From contig CM082582.2 in assembly GCA_040954595.2 (NCBI GenBank), positions 12,148,415 to 12,212,414 of the forward strand: a DNA stretch of 64,000 bases, read 5' to 3'. The notes beneath the pieces were generated by a model. The model ran no database searches. It was not told the DNA's origin and saw only the letters and a program-made list of their open reading frames with translations. The stretch is from Balanoglossus misakiensis. Lineage: Eukaryota > Animalia > Hemichordata. Positions within the stretch are counted from its first letter, which is position 1. Each line of letters begins with the position of its first letter. The translations under genes and the position numbers were made by a program. This document shows, piece by piece, positions 13,001 through 24,525 of the stretch.

Positions 13001-16000
13001 CAATTCCGTCCAAGCTTGCACTGGCACTAAGAGATCGTGGTTTGCCATTGAAGCTTGCTGCAAAATAATAACAATACATGTTTTTAAGATACGTCCAGAG
13101 TCAAAGATAGGAAGTCTGTTGAATTCAAAGTCCTATATGAGATTCATAATCTACAAACATACAACATGTAGCTCTACAAGAGTATTTATATTACGTACTG
13201 TTGATCAGTTTGCGACTTCCATTGGGAATGTAGGCAGTAATCATATTCTGTTGCTGTTCCACTATCTGTTCCATGTGTTCATATCTCTGTTGAAGCTGAT
13301 TCAACGCACTGAGGGGACAGAAATGGAGAAACACAAACAACATTGATGAGCGCACGGAAACTCCTTTGATGATGATGGACTGTCATTCTTGTCACTTGGC
13401 ATCTAACCTTTAATTTTTTCCCCTATCTAAAATGGACACTGGATTGCAAAATTTTATTTCCATTGAAATGACAACACCTCTGAGGGATGCTAGTACCAGC
13501 TACATTTTCATGATGTTAATCTGAGATACATGTATGACTCACTGGACATATATAAAAGGTAATTGAATATGTATGTTTACAGTTAATTTCATTCACAGAA
13601 TAGAGGGTTCTTGTTCATTCATGTTCTGCAATTTTATGTCTGGTCAGCTGATTTGCAGTCTTACTAAATTTGTAGTTTCCTGATCATGGGTGAATTTCTC
13701 ACCCAATACTGGTTTGATGATCTCCAAAACATATGTTCTATTCCCCAATCAACTAGTGCACAAAGGTTCCTATTAATTCTAGCAGCGACACAATGCATTT
13801 CCACCCCACAACAAGATGAATTGTCAATATCATCTGTGACTAATACGCAACATTCAGTTGTTCGGATTACAAATTGTGTAACAGATGAAGAACAGATCAC
13901 AGCATTACCCAAGATCATCAGCAACAGCTTGCAATCTGCTTCATTTATATTAAAATCCGCACTCAATGGCCTCAAACAAGTCAACTATTACAAACACTAC
14001 ATGCACAGCGATTCAAAATTTTGGGAGTAGCCTTGGAGTACTTGCACAGGTCAAATAATCATTTACCTTCCAACATCTGCAATAGGATGGAGTGGGTGGT
14101 AATTGACAAACCTGATTCGTCTTGAAGATGGTATAAACTCACCTCGAGTACTTATCTAATCTGGCAGAGAGACTGTCCTTGTATTTCTCCATCCATACAA
14201 TTCTATCCGTCAACAGTCTCACAGATGTCTTCAGTTCTTCATTCTCATCTTGTAAAGCTGTTATCTACAGGTGACAGATTTCCACAATGTTAGAAGAGAG
14301 GGCATAAGCCCACCAGCAGTAATAGGCAACCTACATGTATTATGTAGCTACTGACTATGGCACATATGCATGAAGCTGTAATAAACATTTTATGACAGCA
14401 TGTATGTAGGCACACCCTACCTCTTCTGTGTGGTCCACTGGTGGTCTGTGATAACATGAGGTAGAATGCTGCTCTACAGTTTCTAAATTTCCAACAAATT
14501 CGCATCCTAGAAGAAGAAAATAGATGAGATCCTAGAATGTTATTGTGTCCACTCTCAAGTTTATTTATTGCTCCAAATGAATGTGAATTACCTCTGCTAG
14601 GTGAACATCATTGAAAATACATAGAAATCTCAATCTAAATTAAAAATACATAGAAATCTAAATATAAATCTACTGAATTCGATAACAATGAGAATGGGTG
14701 ATTGATGAGATTGTCTCTATGAACTCAAACACAGCTATCAAGTTCTACGTGTATGCTATCACTTATCATGTAAATTTGTAGCCTTGAACTTCAACAGCCT
14801 TGCACTAGAACTGATAGTACAGCTGCTCTGAACTCTCACAACTTCAGCTGTACATGCACATACAATTCTGTATACACAGACTACTCTTAGGATTTACATG
14901 TGCATGTTGATGTATGCATACTAAGGAGCTGATGGATTGGATGAGTTGACACAGTGAACAGAATGAGTCACAGAAGCAGCACAACTCATGAATATATCAC
15001 ATGCAGGATAATTTTAGACTGAAGTTATTTTAAACTGCATATGGTCACTATGCAGTTAGAATATCTGGCTAAAGACGACATGCTATGAGAAAATAAGGAG
15101 TACACACATAAGACACACATACCTCTTTCTTTGTGAGGGCACGGTGAGAATGTACATATTTTTAAATGCTCTTCTAAATCTTTCCTTCTAAACAGTCCAC
15201 ACTGTTCTTCATTATTCTCACATGGTACTGACTGAAACTGGCAGTTAATTTCATGCTCACTCCTCGTTCCCAGTGACACAGTTTCTGGGCAGCCACTTTC
15301 ATCTCGTACATACAGTTCCTGTGATTCGGATCGTATAAGTCCATTACGGCAGTAAATCTGGAGATCCTCTATTTGGCCTACGATTGCTCTGTAAGAGAGG
15401 AGAGAGATTTGTTTGTCAATTCTAGAATGATGTACCTACAATAAAAAGTCACAAATTCTGATACAGAGAATTTACTTTGACACAGATTGGTGAACTATAA
15501 ATCATGAGAATGGAATTAGCAAATATTTCAAAAACAAATGTGTACATGTACTATATTACAAATGTAGATTTAGCAAAGACAGATTTATCAGTGTTTACTT
15601 CAGGTATAATGTACATGAAGACACTACCAGTTTCTGTGTAGATGTTATCTCCAACCAATACATACACATACACGCTGGTACATGTAAATGTGAGTTTGTT
15701 TTTATCCTGAACATACAATTTTTATCATGTTTAAGTACATTATGCAATAGTAAATGAATATTAAACAATATTCCGGTCATGAATGGACATGTTGTGCCTT
15801 GGTTTGTTCTTAGTAAAATTTGAAATCAACATATTTCAAGTAACATACAATGCTATTTAGACTTGCAAGTTTATATAAGTGCACAAGTTCAGACAAGTTT
15901 CCAGAAATCTGAACTGCAAGTCTGCATCCACTGAAGTATACAGTTCAGTCATACTGTTTGAAATAATACAATTACAATCAAAACAACACAGGTGGAACCA

Positions 16001-19000
16001 AGTCATGAATACTATCACGTTTCCATTAGTTGTCACTCCACCTGTACCATATACATGTACATGAAACCCAGTAAACAGAACTGGAATACCTCTATACAAC
16101 AGAACCTTGTACATGTGGTTTTGTTTACTATGAACACAATTTCTTTTACAGATGTAGAGCCCATAACCTTTGACACAGACGCACACCTTGGTGGGGTCTT
16201 GGATACCATGGTAACACCCTGTCAGTATTCATTCAAATGATCATAGGTTACACTACATTGCCCTTGAGATGCAGTCCCATATGTTTTATCCCAAACACCC
16301 AGAGCTCTTGGTGACATAACCTTGACAACATGTGCCAGCTAGTACTTGTTACAAATCATGAGAGCAGATAGTTGATTGATTGATCAGTGGATGGCCTTTA
16401 TCAAGATGCTATCTCCATAATCACATTCTACATCAGTATTCTGCTCCAGGCTGTAACAGCGCTCTTTATATTCAACAAGTTGAATGTTTCAACAACCCAT
16501 GATGTGCGTTTGTGTCTGACGCTGTACAGGACAGTATACAGTTGTGTTTTGATATCGCTGCTGTTTAACAGTTCTGCGAACACAGTGTTGTGACTAAGTC
16601 TGAAATTTCTGAAATGATTTTCCTAGAACTGTAAATGTGCATGTTAATATTGGTATATGTGCCCATATAAGTTACAGATCATTAGAGATGTATTGTGTCA
16701 ATTGAGTTGTTATGGAACACTGACTGACATCAGCTGGTAAACAATATGTAATGCCTGATAATTAAGGATACTCCAGAATACAATATGTACATATTTTCCG
16801 TGCCTGGATGCACCATACTGATTGACAGGACTTAATTGAAATCATCCATATCAGAACATATGGTGAAGTTTTTTTAACAAATGACTGATAATGTACTACT
16901 TGATGTACAGGCTTCAAAATATGCAATTTTACTGGCCATGCTAAAAGTGCAAAACAAAACAAATCCAAAGGAATCGACCAATAACTGACAACCTAAGAAG
17001 ACTGTTAAGTCAGCAGCTAATTCTGACTGCATTCAACATCAGTGTATGGCTTCAGAATTCTAAATGCATGTGAATTTAACTGTTAAATGGTAACAAATTA
17101 TGTAACACTGGCTTCTGTGCTAATCCACCTCACAAAGCATGTATTCTGGATACAAAAGTGTTATGACCCAATAAACCCCATGTTTTTAAGTTGTCAGTTG
17201 AATAGAATTTGTTCCGGAGAGCTGCACACTGATGTACAGTCATATAGTGTGTTTATTTAAGTCATCTGAGTTTTTCCACTAGGACAGATATATACTTTGT
17301 CTTTGTGTTCTATCATTCACAAATGCTGAAACTGTGTACAGGTGTACGTGTTGTTCATTTCAGTGCAATGAACAATCACGTATGCCAGTCATGCTCATTT
17401 CGATTTTCCGCACACATCACAGTGTTCTGACATGAAAAGGTGCATGTGTTCAGCACTTAATTTTCACCTGGCTTACTCATGAATGCAAATTCATCCATGG
17501 TTGTATGAAATGAACATGGTCAGAGCATTTCATGACATAGCATGTTTTGACCTAAAACCTTGCCATCATGAATGCAAACTGGAATTACATAGGTGTACAC
17601 GAACACGCCCCTGAATACAAAGTGATGACATTGACTAAAAATAAATCCTACAGTGAAAGTACATGGACCCATATGTCAAATGATATTAAGCCGTCATTAC
17701 ATTTCCCAAACTGCAAATGCCAATTTGAATGACACCTATGTGTCTCATTATTCTAATTTATAAAATAAACACACATTAAACACAGTCATTTGTTTTAATG
17801 ACAAATTCCTTCATGTAGTTTTTCATCACATTATCATTATACATTAGCGTTCCTACAAATATGCACCATAAGGTATCATTATACAATAATGTTTTTCCTG
17901 AATTTGTAATTGATACCTTTGAACTATAGGATTTTACTGGTAAAAGCACAGTTTTATATCAAGTTATAATCATTATCTGAATTTCTGTTTAATATCCATC
18001 AATTTAGTTAATCATTTATTTCTGTCACCATGGAAATACAAACTCACAGGGGCAACTTTTGAGGGGCATGATATAGCTAAAGATTACATAATCACCAAAA
18101 CCCCAAACACCAAATGCACTCCTTGTGGCATGTTGTAACTCATCCCTGTAGTCTTCTCCCCAGGAATTTCTGGAAGAGTATCAGCTAATTTGCTCAACAA
18201 TGTGACCAATTGTTATGATAATGAGTATCTATTGTCTTACAGTATCAGCCCATACTCTTTGCTTTGGGGAGAACAATGTCCTGCAACTGAAATTAAGGAG
18301 CTGAGAGCCACTACCATGGAGGGTTGCTAGGACACCAAATACTGCTATAATACACCTGGTCAACAGTGTCCTGCATATCAACCTCTGTGTAACAGCTCAA
18401 CCCCAACTCTCCAAACAAAAACAATTTCAATTTAATCTTGATGATAAAGTATCAGCTTAGAACCATCAAATACCTCAGTAAGCAAACTACAGTTACATGA
18501 ACCTATCAATAATCTTCAAAAATCCTCAACTGCAGTAACACTATCTAATAATCTCACCCTTGACTTTATGTACCATATGGTGCCAGTTACCATAAATGTA
18601 AGTTATCTACAATGCCATACATTTTTTTGGTTGTCAGTTCACATTATGGACCTTACATACTGTGGGATCATAATGTTGAAATGCCTACGAATGTATGTGT
18701 TGTTGATAAAGTAAACACTAGTAAACATTTCGGTAGGATCCCAGCCCATTTTTACCAGGGATCACTTATGCCATTAATTAACACCACCCACTCCACCAGA
18801 CAATAATTAATTTTTTATGTCATAAACTCAACACTATGGTTAATTTAATGCTTTGGGAAGTTAAACGTGAAACATACACTTAATATTATATAGCCAAATA
18901 CATTGCAGTTACTGATTAAATCGGTCTTAATAAAGTCAATTACAACATTTCCTGAAACCATTAAAAACTATTGTAATTTCTGTGGTCACCAAGCTGCAAG

Positions 19001-19729
19001 TATACAAAGCAACAAATAATTTTAAACGGATTCTGAAGTATTATCTCAGCATGTTGCTTGGGTAGATCTGGATTATCTCTGCAGTATCCCCTGGTAACCT
19101 ACATTTCATACATTATGTTTAATAATATGTATGAATTTGGGTCAACACTTCCTCTATTTTTCTATTCAGTCGTTTATATCGCCTAGAAAGTCCACGAGCG
19201 GAAAACAGAGGGGTGGACGTTAAAAAACACACAGAGTCATGAAAACCCTCATTATAGTGCCCTTGACCCAAAACCTATCTGAGGACATTTCACTTGCCAC
19301 TTAAAAATTATTTCGTTGACATTTCAGTTCAATTCTGGACTGTCAACATTAAGAGATGGCGGCGGTCGATCACAAACCGAGTCAAAATATTAGCGGCTGC
19401 ATTTCACTAGCTACGTATATCGATTAGCTTGGAGATGATGTAATGTCAAACGGAACATACAATACAACTGGGCAGCCGGCTTGTTTGTAGACATGTCATA
19501 CACTGTTCGCTTACCTGTTCACAACCAAGTCTTTGTCTTCATAACTTTTCTTGTCCAAAGGACATGTTCTCGACGATTCCTCTGTCTCTCTGTTCAAAAT
19601 ACAGGTATTGCAGAATGTGTGACCGCAGTTCACGCTAATCACCGGGTTCGTAAATAATTTCTGGCAGATAGGACAAAGTAAATGTGATGAAGGTGGCAGG
19701 ACGAAAACACATACGTCGTCATCCGCCAT
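10028..19729 (-). CDS. TRAF7-like E3 ubiquitin ligase (RING, TRAF-type zinc fingers, coiled coil, 7 WD40), 598 aa
   Basis: 13 exons with consistent phases (minus strand): 19515-19729, 15123-15388, 14421-14506, 14143-14264, 13199-13308, 12946-13057, 12680-12821, 12257-12364, 11975-12052, 11587-11809, 11290-11435, 11032-11151, 10028-10096; total 1797 nt. RING: CPICQKLFTNPVISVNCGHTFCNTC...CPLD. TRAF7-like segments: 'AIVGQIEDLQIYCRNG..GCPETVSL', 'FKCIGTLRGHQ', 'HHWVRAL' and 'IQTLYRHEGSVNGL'. Ortholog versus paralog is unresolved, so no symbol is given. Confidence 0.88.
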
Positions 19730-19773
19730 ATTTAAAATTAGAAATAGGTGCACTACACAGCTGAAACCCTGAA

Positions 19774-19820
19774 ACCGGAAGTTTACATACGAGGGCCTCA
19801 TATTACATGTATTACGTCAT
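19774..19820 (-). promoter_or_regulatory. Putative proximal promoter of the TRAF7-like gene (ETS CCGGAAGT and CRE-like TTACGTCA)
   Basis: ccggaagt at ~19775-19782 and ttacgtca at ~19812-19819, 45-90 nt upstream of the ATG. Motif match only. Confidence 0.45.
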
Positions 19821-19927
19821 TTCCTATCTTTAGACTCGCCCAATATTATGTGTATAATAGATGAAAATACGGAGAATCGGGAATTCTTAAAGGATTCCAT
19901 TAAGAAAAGTGCCAAATTTTTATAAGA

Positions 19928-19992
19928 CTATCCTATAGGATAGGTCTATAAGATAATCCTGTAGGAATCCTACAGGATATTTTTGTAAGGGA
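19928..19992. repeat. Cluster of short perfect palindromes, possible MITE remnant
   Basis: ctatcctataggatag (19928-19943) is a perfect palindrome. atcctgtagga-a-tcctacaggat (19956-19978) has 11-bp arms and is followed by atttttgtaaggg. Confidence 0.5.
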
Positions 19993-20236
19993 TCTTGTCA
20001 GGGAGGGTGCAAAGTTTCAAATGACAAAGCTAAAGTTGTACTTAGACGGATATTGTTTAGGCGAGAGGGGTAAAAATATAAAATAAACCATATAAAGAAT
20101 GCATGTTGTCATTTCAGTGTCACTTTATTGCTGAAACAAGCATTTACATGTAAGGTGATTATAATCTGTGTTCAAAACTCAGACAACTATTTGTTGCCTA
20201 TATAGAACTAAAATCACAAAATATTAGGGTTACAAT

Positions 20237-21821
20237 TTATGCCAGGCAGTAAGGCATGTCCTTCAGCGTTTCCAAGTAGAAAATTCCACCCATTGATTTG
20301 AGAGCGTGGAAACCCATTTTTTGATCTGAAGTACAGCTACAGGTCTGCCCCAGTGTACATGGACAAGCAGCAAAAAGGCAGCCTGGACCTGAATTGATAG
20401 ATTCAGTAAAGTATTCTGGTGCTCTGCCATGATCACATCCCATGCCTGAAACAATATAAAACAGATATAAGTTTATTTCACACTTGTAATCAATATATTC
20501 ACTGAAGTGAATGGCCATCATGATATGTTGCAAGAGGGCGCTATAGATAAAGCAGTAGAGTTTCCCACTTACTTCCATAAACGCTGACGTCTCTTTTACC
20601 AACGTTGATACAGCCAGGCTGATCTTTGCCACCATTGGGATAGAAATCAACATCTCCAGTCTGATTATACACAAGAAAACATCAACACCAACGTGTGTCA
20701 TTCATTCATGGTTTTACTTTTTTTAAAACAAATGATTCTCAATATGCAAATATCAACTAGTACTACAAGTATCTATCTCTTCAAAGTTTAAATTTTCTTA
20801 TCAAAGTGACCCGAAGACTTGTTCCCTTCCCCCATTTAATCTAAGCTCAACATGGCCATAGCTCAAACAGGTAGAAATCTGTGTTAGGCTACATACGGGT
20901 TCCCAGGTACCGTAACCACCAATTCCAGTGAATGTATCGCCATCAGTATGGATGACATCAACGAACTGTGCATCACTGGCATCTAGTCTTTCATTGATAG
21001 GATGGCCTTCGAAGTCAGGTGAAGCGGGATCCAATCCTGATATTCAAAATAAAATTGAAAATATTACAAAGGTTAGGAGGAAATATACGAAATAGGACGA
21101 TATGATCAATAAGATTAGAATTAAGAGAGTGTCCACGGATTATCAACCAGTAATGATATCTTACCAGTGATTCTTGCGATTGACGGGTTCCTCATACCGG
21201 CCTGACCGGAGCACTGAGCTCCCAAACTGAAACCTATCAAATGCACACGGCTGTACGAATATCCAACTTGTTGATTTAAGAATCGAATGAACAAATCCAT
21301 CTCATCTCCAACAATGTAGACATTTGGTGTGCTTCCATAGTATGTACCACTGTCAGCGCCTTGTTCCCAGTCCACAGATATCACGTTGTAGCTGGCCTTC
21401 AAGACACAATAAGAAAAACATTCACAAGCTCGAATTTTAAAACTCTTAATTTTTTCAAACATTTTAAAACTTACTTTTTTACCATGACATGACGCTCAAC
21501 CCTCCGTCAGCCTGACTGATGGCTTTCTACTTACATCATAGTCTAACAACGCGTTCATCATGTCAATGACGAACGGAGACGCTCCATTTTGACTCCATCC
21601 GTGGATGATAAATTTGGTGTCGGCTGATGGATTGAAATTAGAGGAGCTCAACGAAGATGGGTTATTTCTATCAATAACTTGATAGACACTACGATTAGGA
21701 TGGGTGTACAGTCGAAATGTGATCGGGAATGCAGCAGCTGAAAAATAAAATTGAGATTTGTCAATTATAGCCTACAACATGTGTCGGACTCTTTAAAAAT
21801 ACATTTATGAGGCAGTTCATA

Positions 21822-21881
<60 letters not shown>

Positions 21882-21928
21882 AAACCTGACGCTAATGCAA
21901 GGCAGAGAAGTCCAAGTGACGACAGCAT
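20237..21928 (-). CDS. Secreted pancreatic-lipase/phospholipase A1 family enzyme (catalytic domain only), 304 aa
   Basis: 6 exons: 21886-21928, 21535-21737, 21165-21396, 20897-21036, 20573-20660, 20237-20445 (915 nt). Signal-like MLSSLGLLCLALASAAA; motifs FIIHGW, VISVDW, VHLIGFSLGAQ (catalytic Ser), RITGLDPA (Asp), DAQFVDVIHTD, GDVDFYPNGG..QPGC and CDHGRA (His). Confidence 0.93.
21822..21878. repeat. (GA)n microsatellite in lipase intron 1
   Basis: Directly visible. Confidence 0.95.
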
Positions 21929-24525
21929 GATGACCAGTTGATTTAATTTCAGATGAAGTAATCTAAGAAATAAATTTAAACAAATGGTCATTAATTAAGA
22001 AGTACTTTCGACACAACAATCTGTCAATACGTATATACAGATTCCAAACTCCCGGGGTAAAGAATAAATCTTTGAACAACCAAATTAAAAAACATACTTA
22101 CGCTGTACCTTCAAAACCCTTATGTCGATCCGAACACAAGGAGTCGCAGTTAGGATCCGATCTGAGTCGATCAACCACGGCTTTTTATTCCAAAACTTTC
22201 AGAAAGTTTACGACCCCGCCCATCGGTGGTCTGATACAAATCACCATTTAATTATCCCATATCTCAATCACAAGTTATATCCAAAACAGGTCAATAAACG
22301 ATATGCTTATAAATTATGAAAGTACGTACACAGTTGACTTTTGCTTATTGGGTAAAAAATTACAAAATTTACAACCCTGTAAAGCGATAAGCTGGGTGCG
22401 ACATCTGCAAGACGCGAAACAAATTCTGATATGAATTTATCGGTCACACGTGCATATGTTCATGATTGTGTTAAGTTCCATCATATGATAGTTATCCGTC
22501 GGAATTATGAGATAGTTTAAGACTAATTTTTGAGGCGCAGTCCTTATTTGTAAGGACACGGACAAATATAGGAAACTGTACGTTTAAGCATAGAAAAATT
22601 TCAACCTGGGAGAACCACTTTAATTTTTTTTATAGGCCTAAGCTTGATGTAAATTGAGATAAAATTGATTGTTGAAAGAAAGTACGTGTATTTCATGCCA
22701 TATTTCTCTCAGTTTACAACCACATCATAAAAGTGAAAACCTAAGAGGTAAATGATAAAAGATATAAAAAAAAACTAGTGCACAGAAACTAGGTCTGTGA
22801 CTTGTGCATGACACGTGTCGTGTGATACAATATGTGAACTCTATACACAAGAGGTTTACATAGAAAGTTTCATGGCTATATAGGTACATAAACATGCAGA
22901 TGGCTGCATGTATAATATGATGGTACTGATGGTTTTGCAGATTGTATTAATATTCGATGGCGTGATGTTATTTCTGTCTATGTCTCGACATATCTATAGA
23001 CATTGAATTTTGCTCCAGTAGTTTCTTTTCGACCGTGTACAGTCGATCATACTGTACAGCGAACCACCGATTTAACACTGTCATAAATTCTTAACACACG
23101 GATGGGACACATAGAAATTTTCCACAGCAATCACAGATGTTTTCAGTTGGTTTGTTTGTCATGACAGCTTGTGGGATTCACAACGTACGCCCACATTCGA
23201 AGGCCTGTCCCACGTGATATAGGTATTATGGTTATCTTGGTACAGAAGCACACAAGCACAAAATACTGTTTTTAAAACTGTGGTCACTTTTATTTTAAAA
23301 ATCTCATTGTCTATATTATTCAACAAATCAATAATCTCAAACAGACTGAGGTTTCAAAATTATTAATACCCTGCCGAATAAGGCTCATGTGTGATTGACT
23401 CTTGAAGCTGGCATTTCCACAGATATACATTTTGTCAGAGTAATTCTTCTCAAGTGCATGTATTATCATGGGATGGCAGCTAGCACACAGTTCAGATTCA
23501 ACATCGCAACTGGATTTGGATTGTATTGCTAGTAACTTCAGATCCGGTCTGTGCATCAACCAACAAATGAAAGGACAAAAGTATTTGTTTGATTAAAAGA
23601 TGCTCAGGGTCCCTGGATGACTTTTTTATTTTCAAGTCCTTGGAAGACATTACTCCTGAGCATCAAAATGCAACAACATGAAATGAGACAATAAATTAGT
23701 TTTCAGGCTGTTGTGACTGGAGGTATTTAACAATCCAACAACCGACGATACTGTATATCACCGACAGTGATATACAGTATCAACTGTCTACTCCGCACAC
23801 ATTTTTAAATGCTAAATCATATATGATTTGCTGATTTCAGTTGATATCAAAGTCAACCAAGTGAACTTCCAAATAAACCGAGCTTCTCTTTGCAACAACA
23901 TTGATCATATCAGCATCACCTGATACGATGAGGTCTGCGTCATATTTCTTACGAAAGTCTTGTTTGTTGTTGTCCATAGAGGGCGCTATTCGACTTCTTA
24001 ACTTCTTTGAAGCCTGGCAAAATACTTCTTGCAGAAATCATAATAGGGGTAAATCAAGTAACAGGATTGGATTCTGTACGATTTTACATCCCAGTCTTGG
24101 ATCTATGGAGTACATCTGTCTTGCTCTTATAGAGCCCTTTATAAAATTTATATAAACTAGGACCTTCTCTCTTTTTCTCTGTCTTTCTAGCCTCTTAAGA
24201 TGTTGATTCTCTCTGTTTCCATATTCTATGTATTTCAATACATATTTAGCAATATAACTTTCTAAATCTAAAATAACATGGTACATGAAGCAGAGTAAAA
24301 AAGCAACAAATAAATTGTTAAAATCAAAACTATCTGCAAGAGTTAGCAAGACTTTTCTGCAAGCTGCCATATTTCACCCATTGTTTTGATTTCATTTTTC
24401 TCCTTTTCTTATAAAATGTTTGGAGGTAAAATATTTTGGTGTGCAATTTTTGAAGATTGGACTTCAAGCAGAACACATGTAAATCTTGCATTGATGAAAG
24501 TTCCATCTTTGTTGTCTGTAAATGA

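Noticed and set aside
13664-14030. Overlapping 106-114 aa ORFs inside a TRAF7-like intron
   Set aside because: No recognisable motif, no coherent splice structure and ordinary intronic composition.
14067-14076. 10-nt AG/GT-bounded segment in TRAF7-like intron 4 (minus strand), possible poison microexon
   Set aside because: It shifts the frame and would leave only a 66-nt upstream intron. It cannot be told from chance without RNA data.
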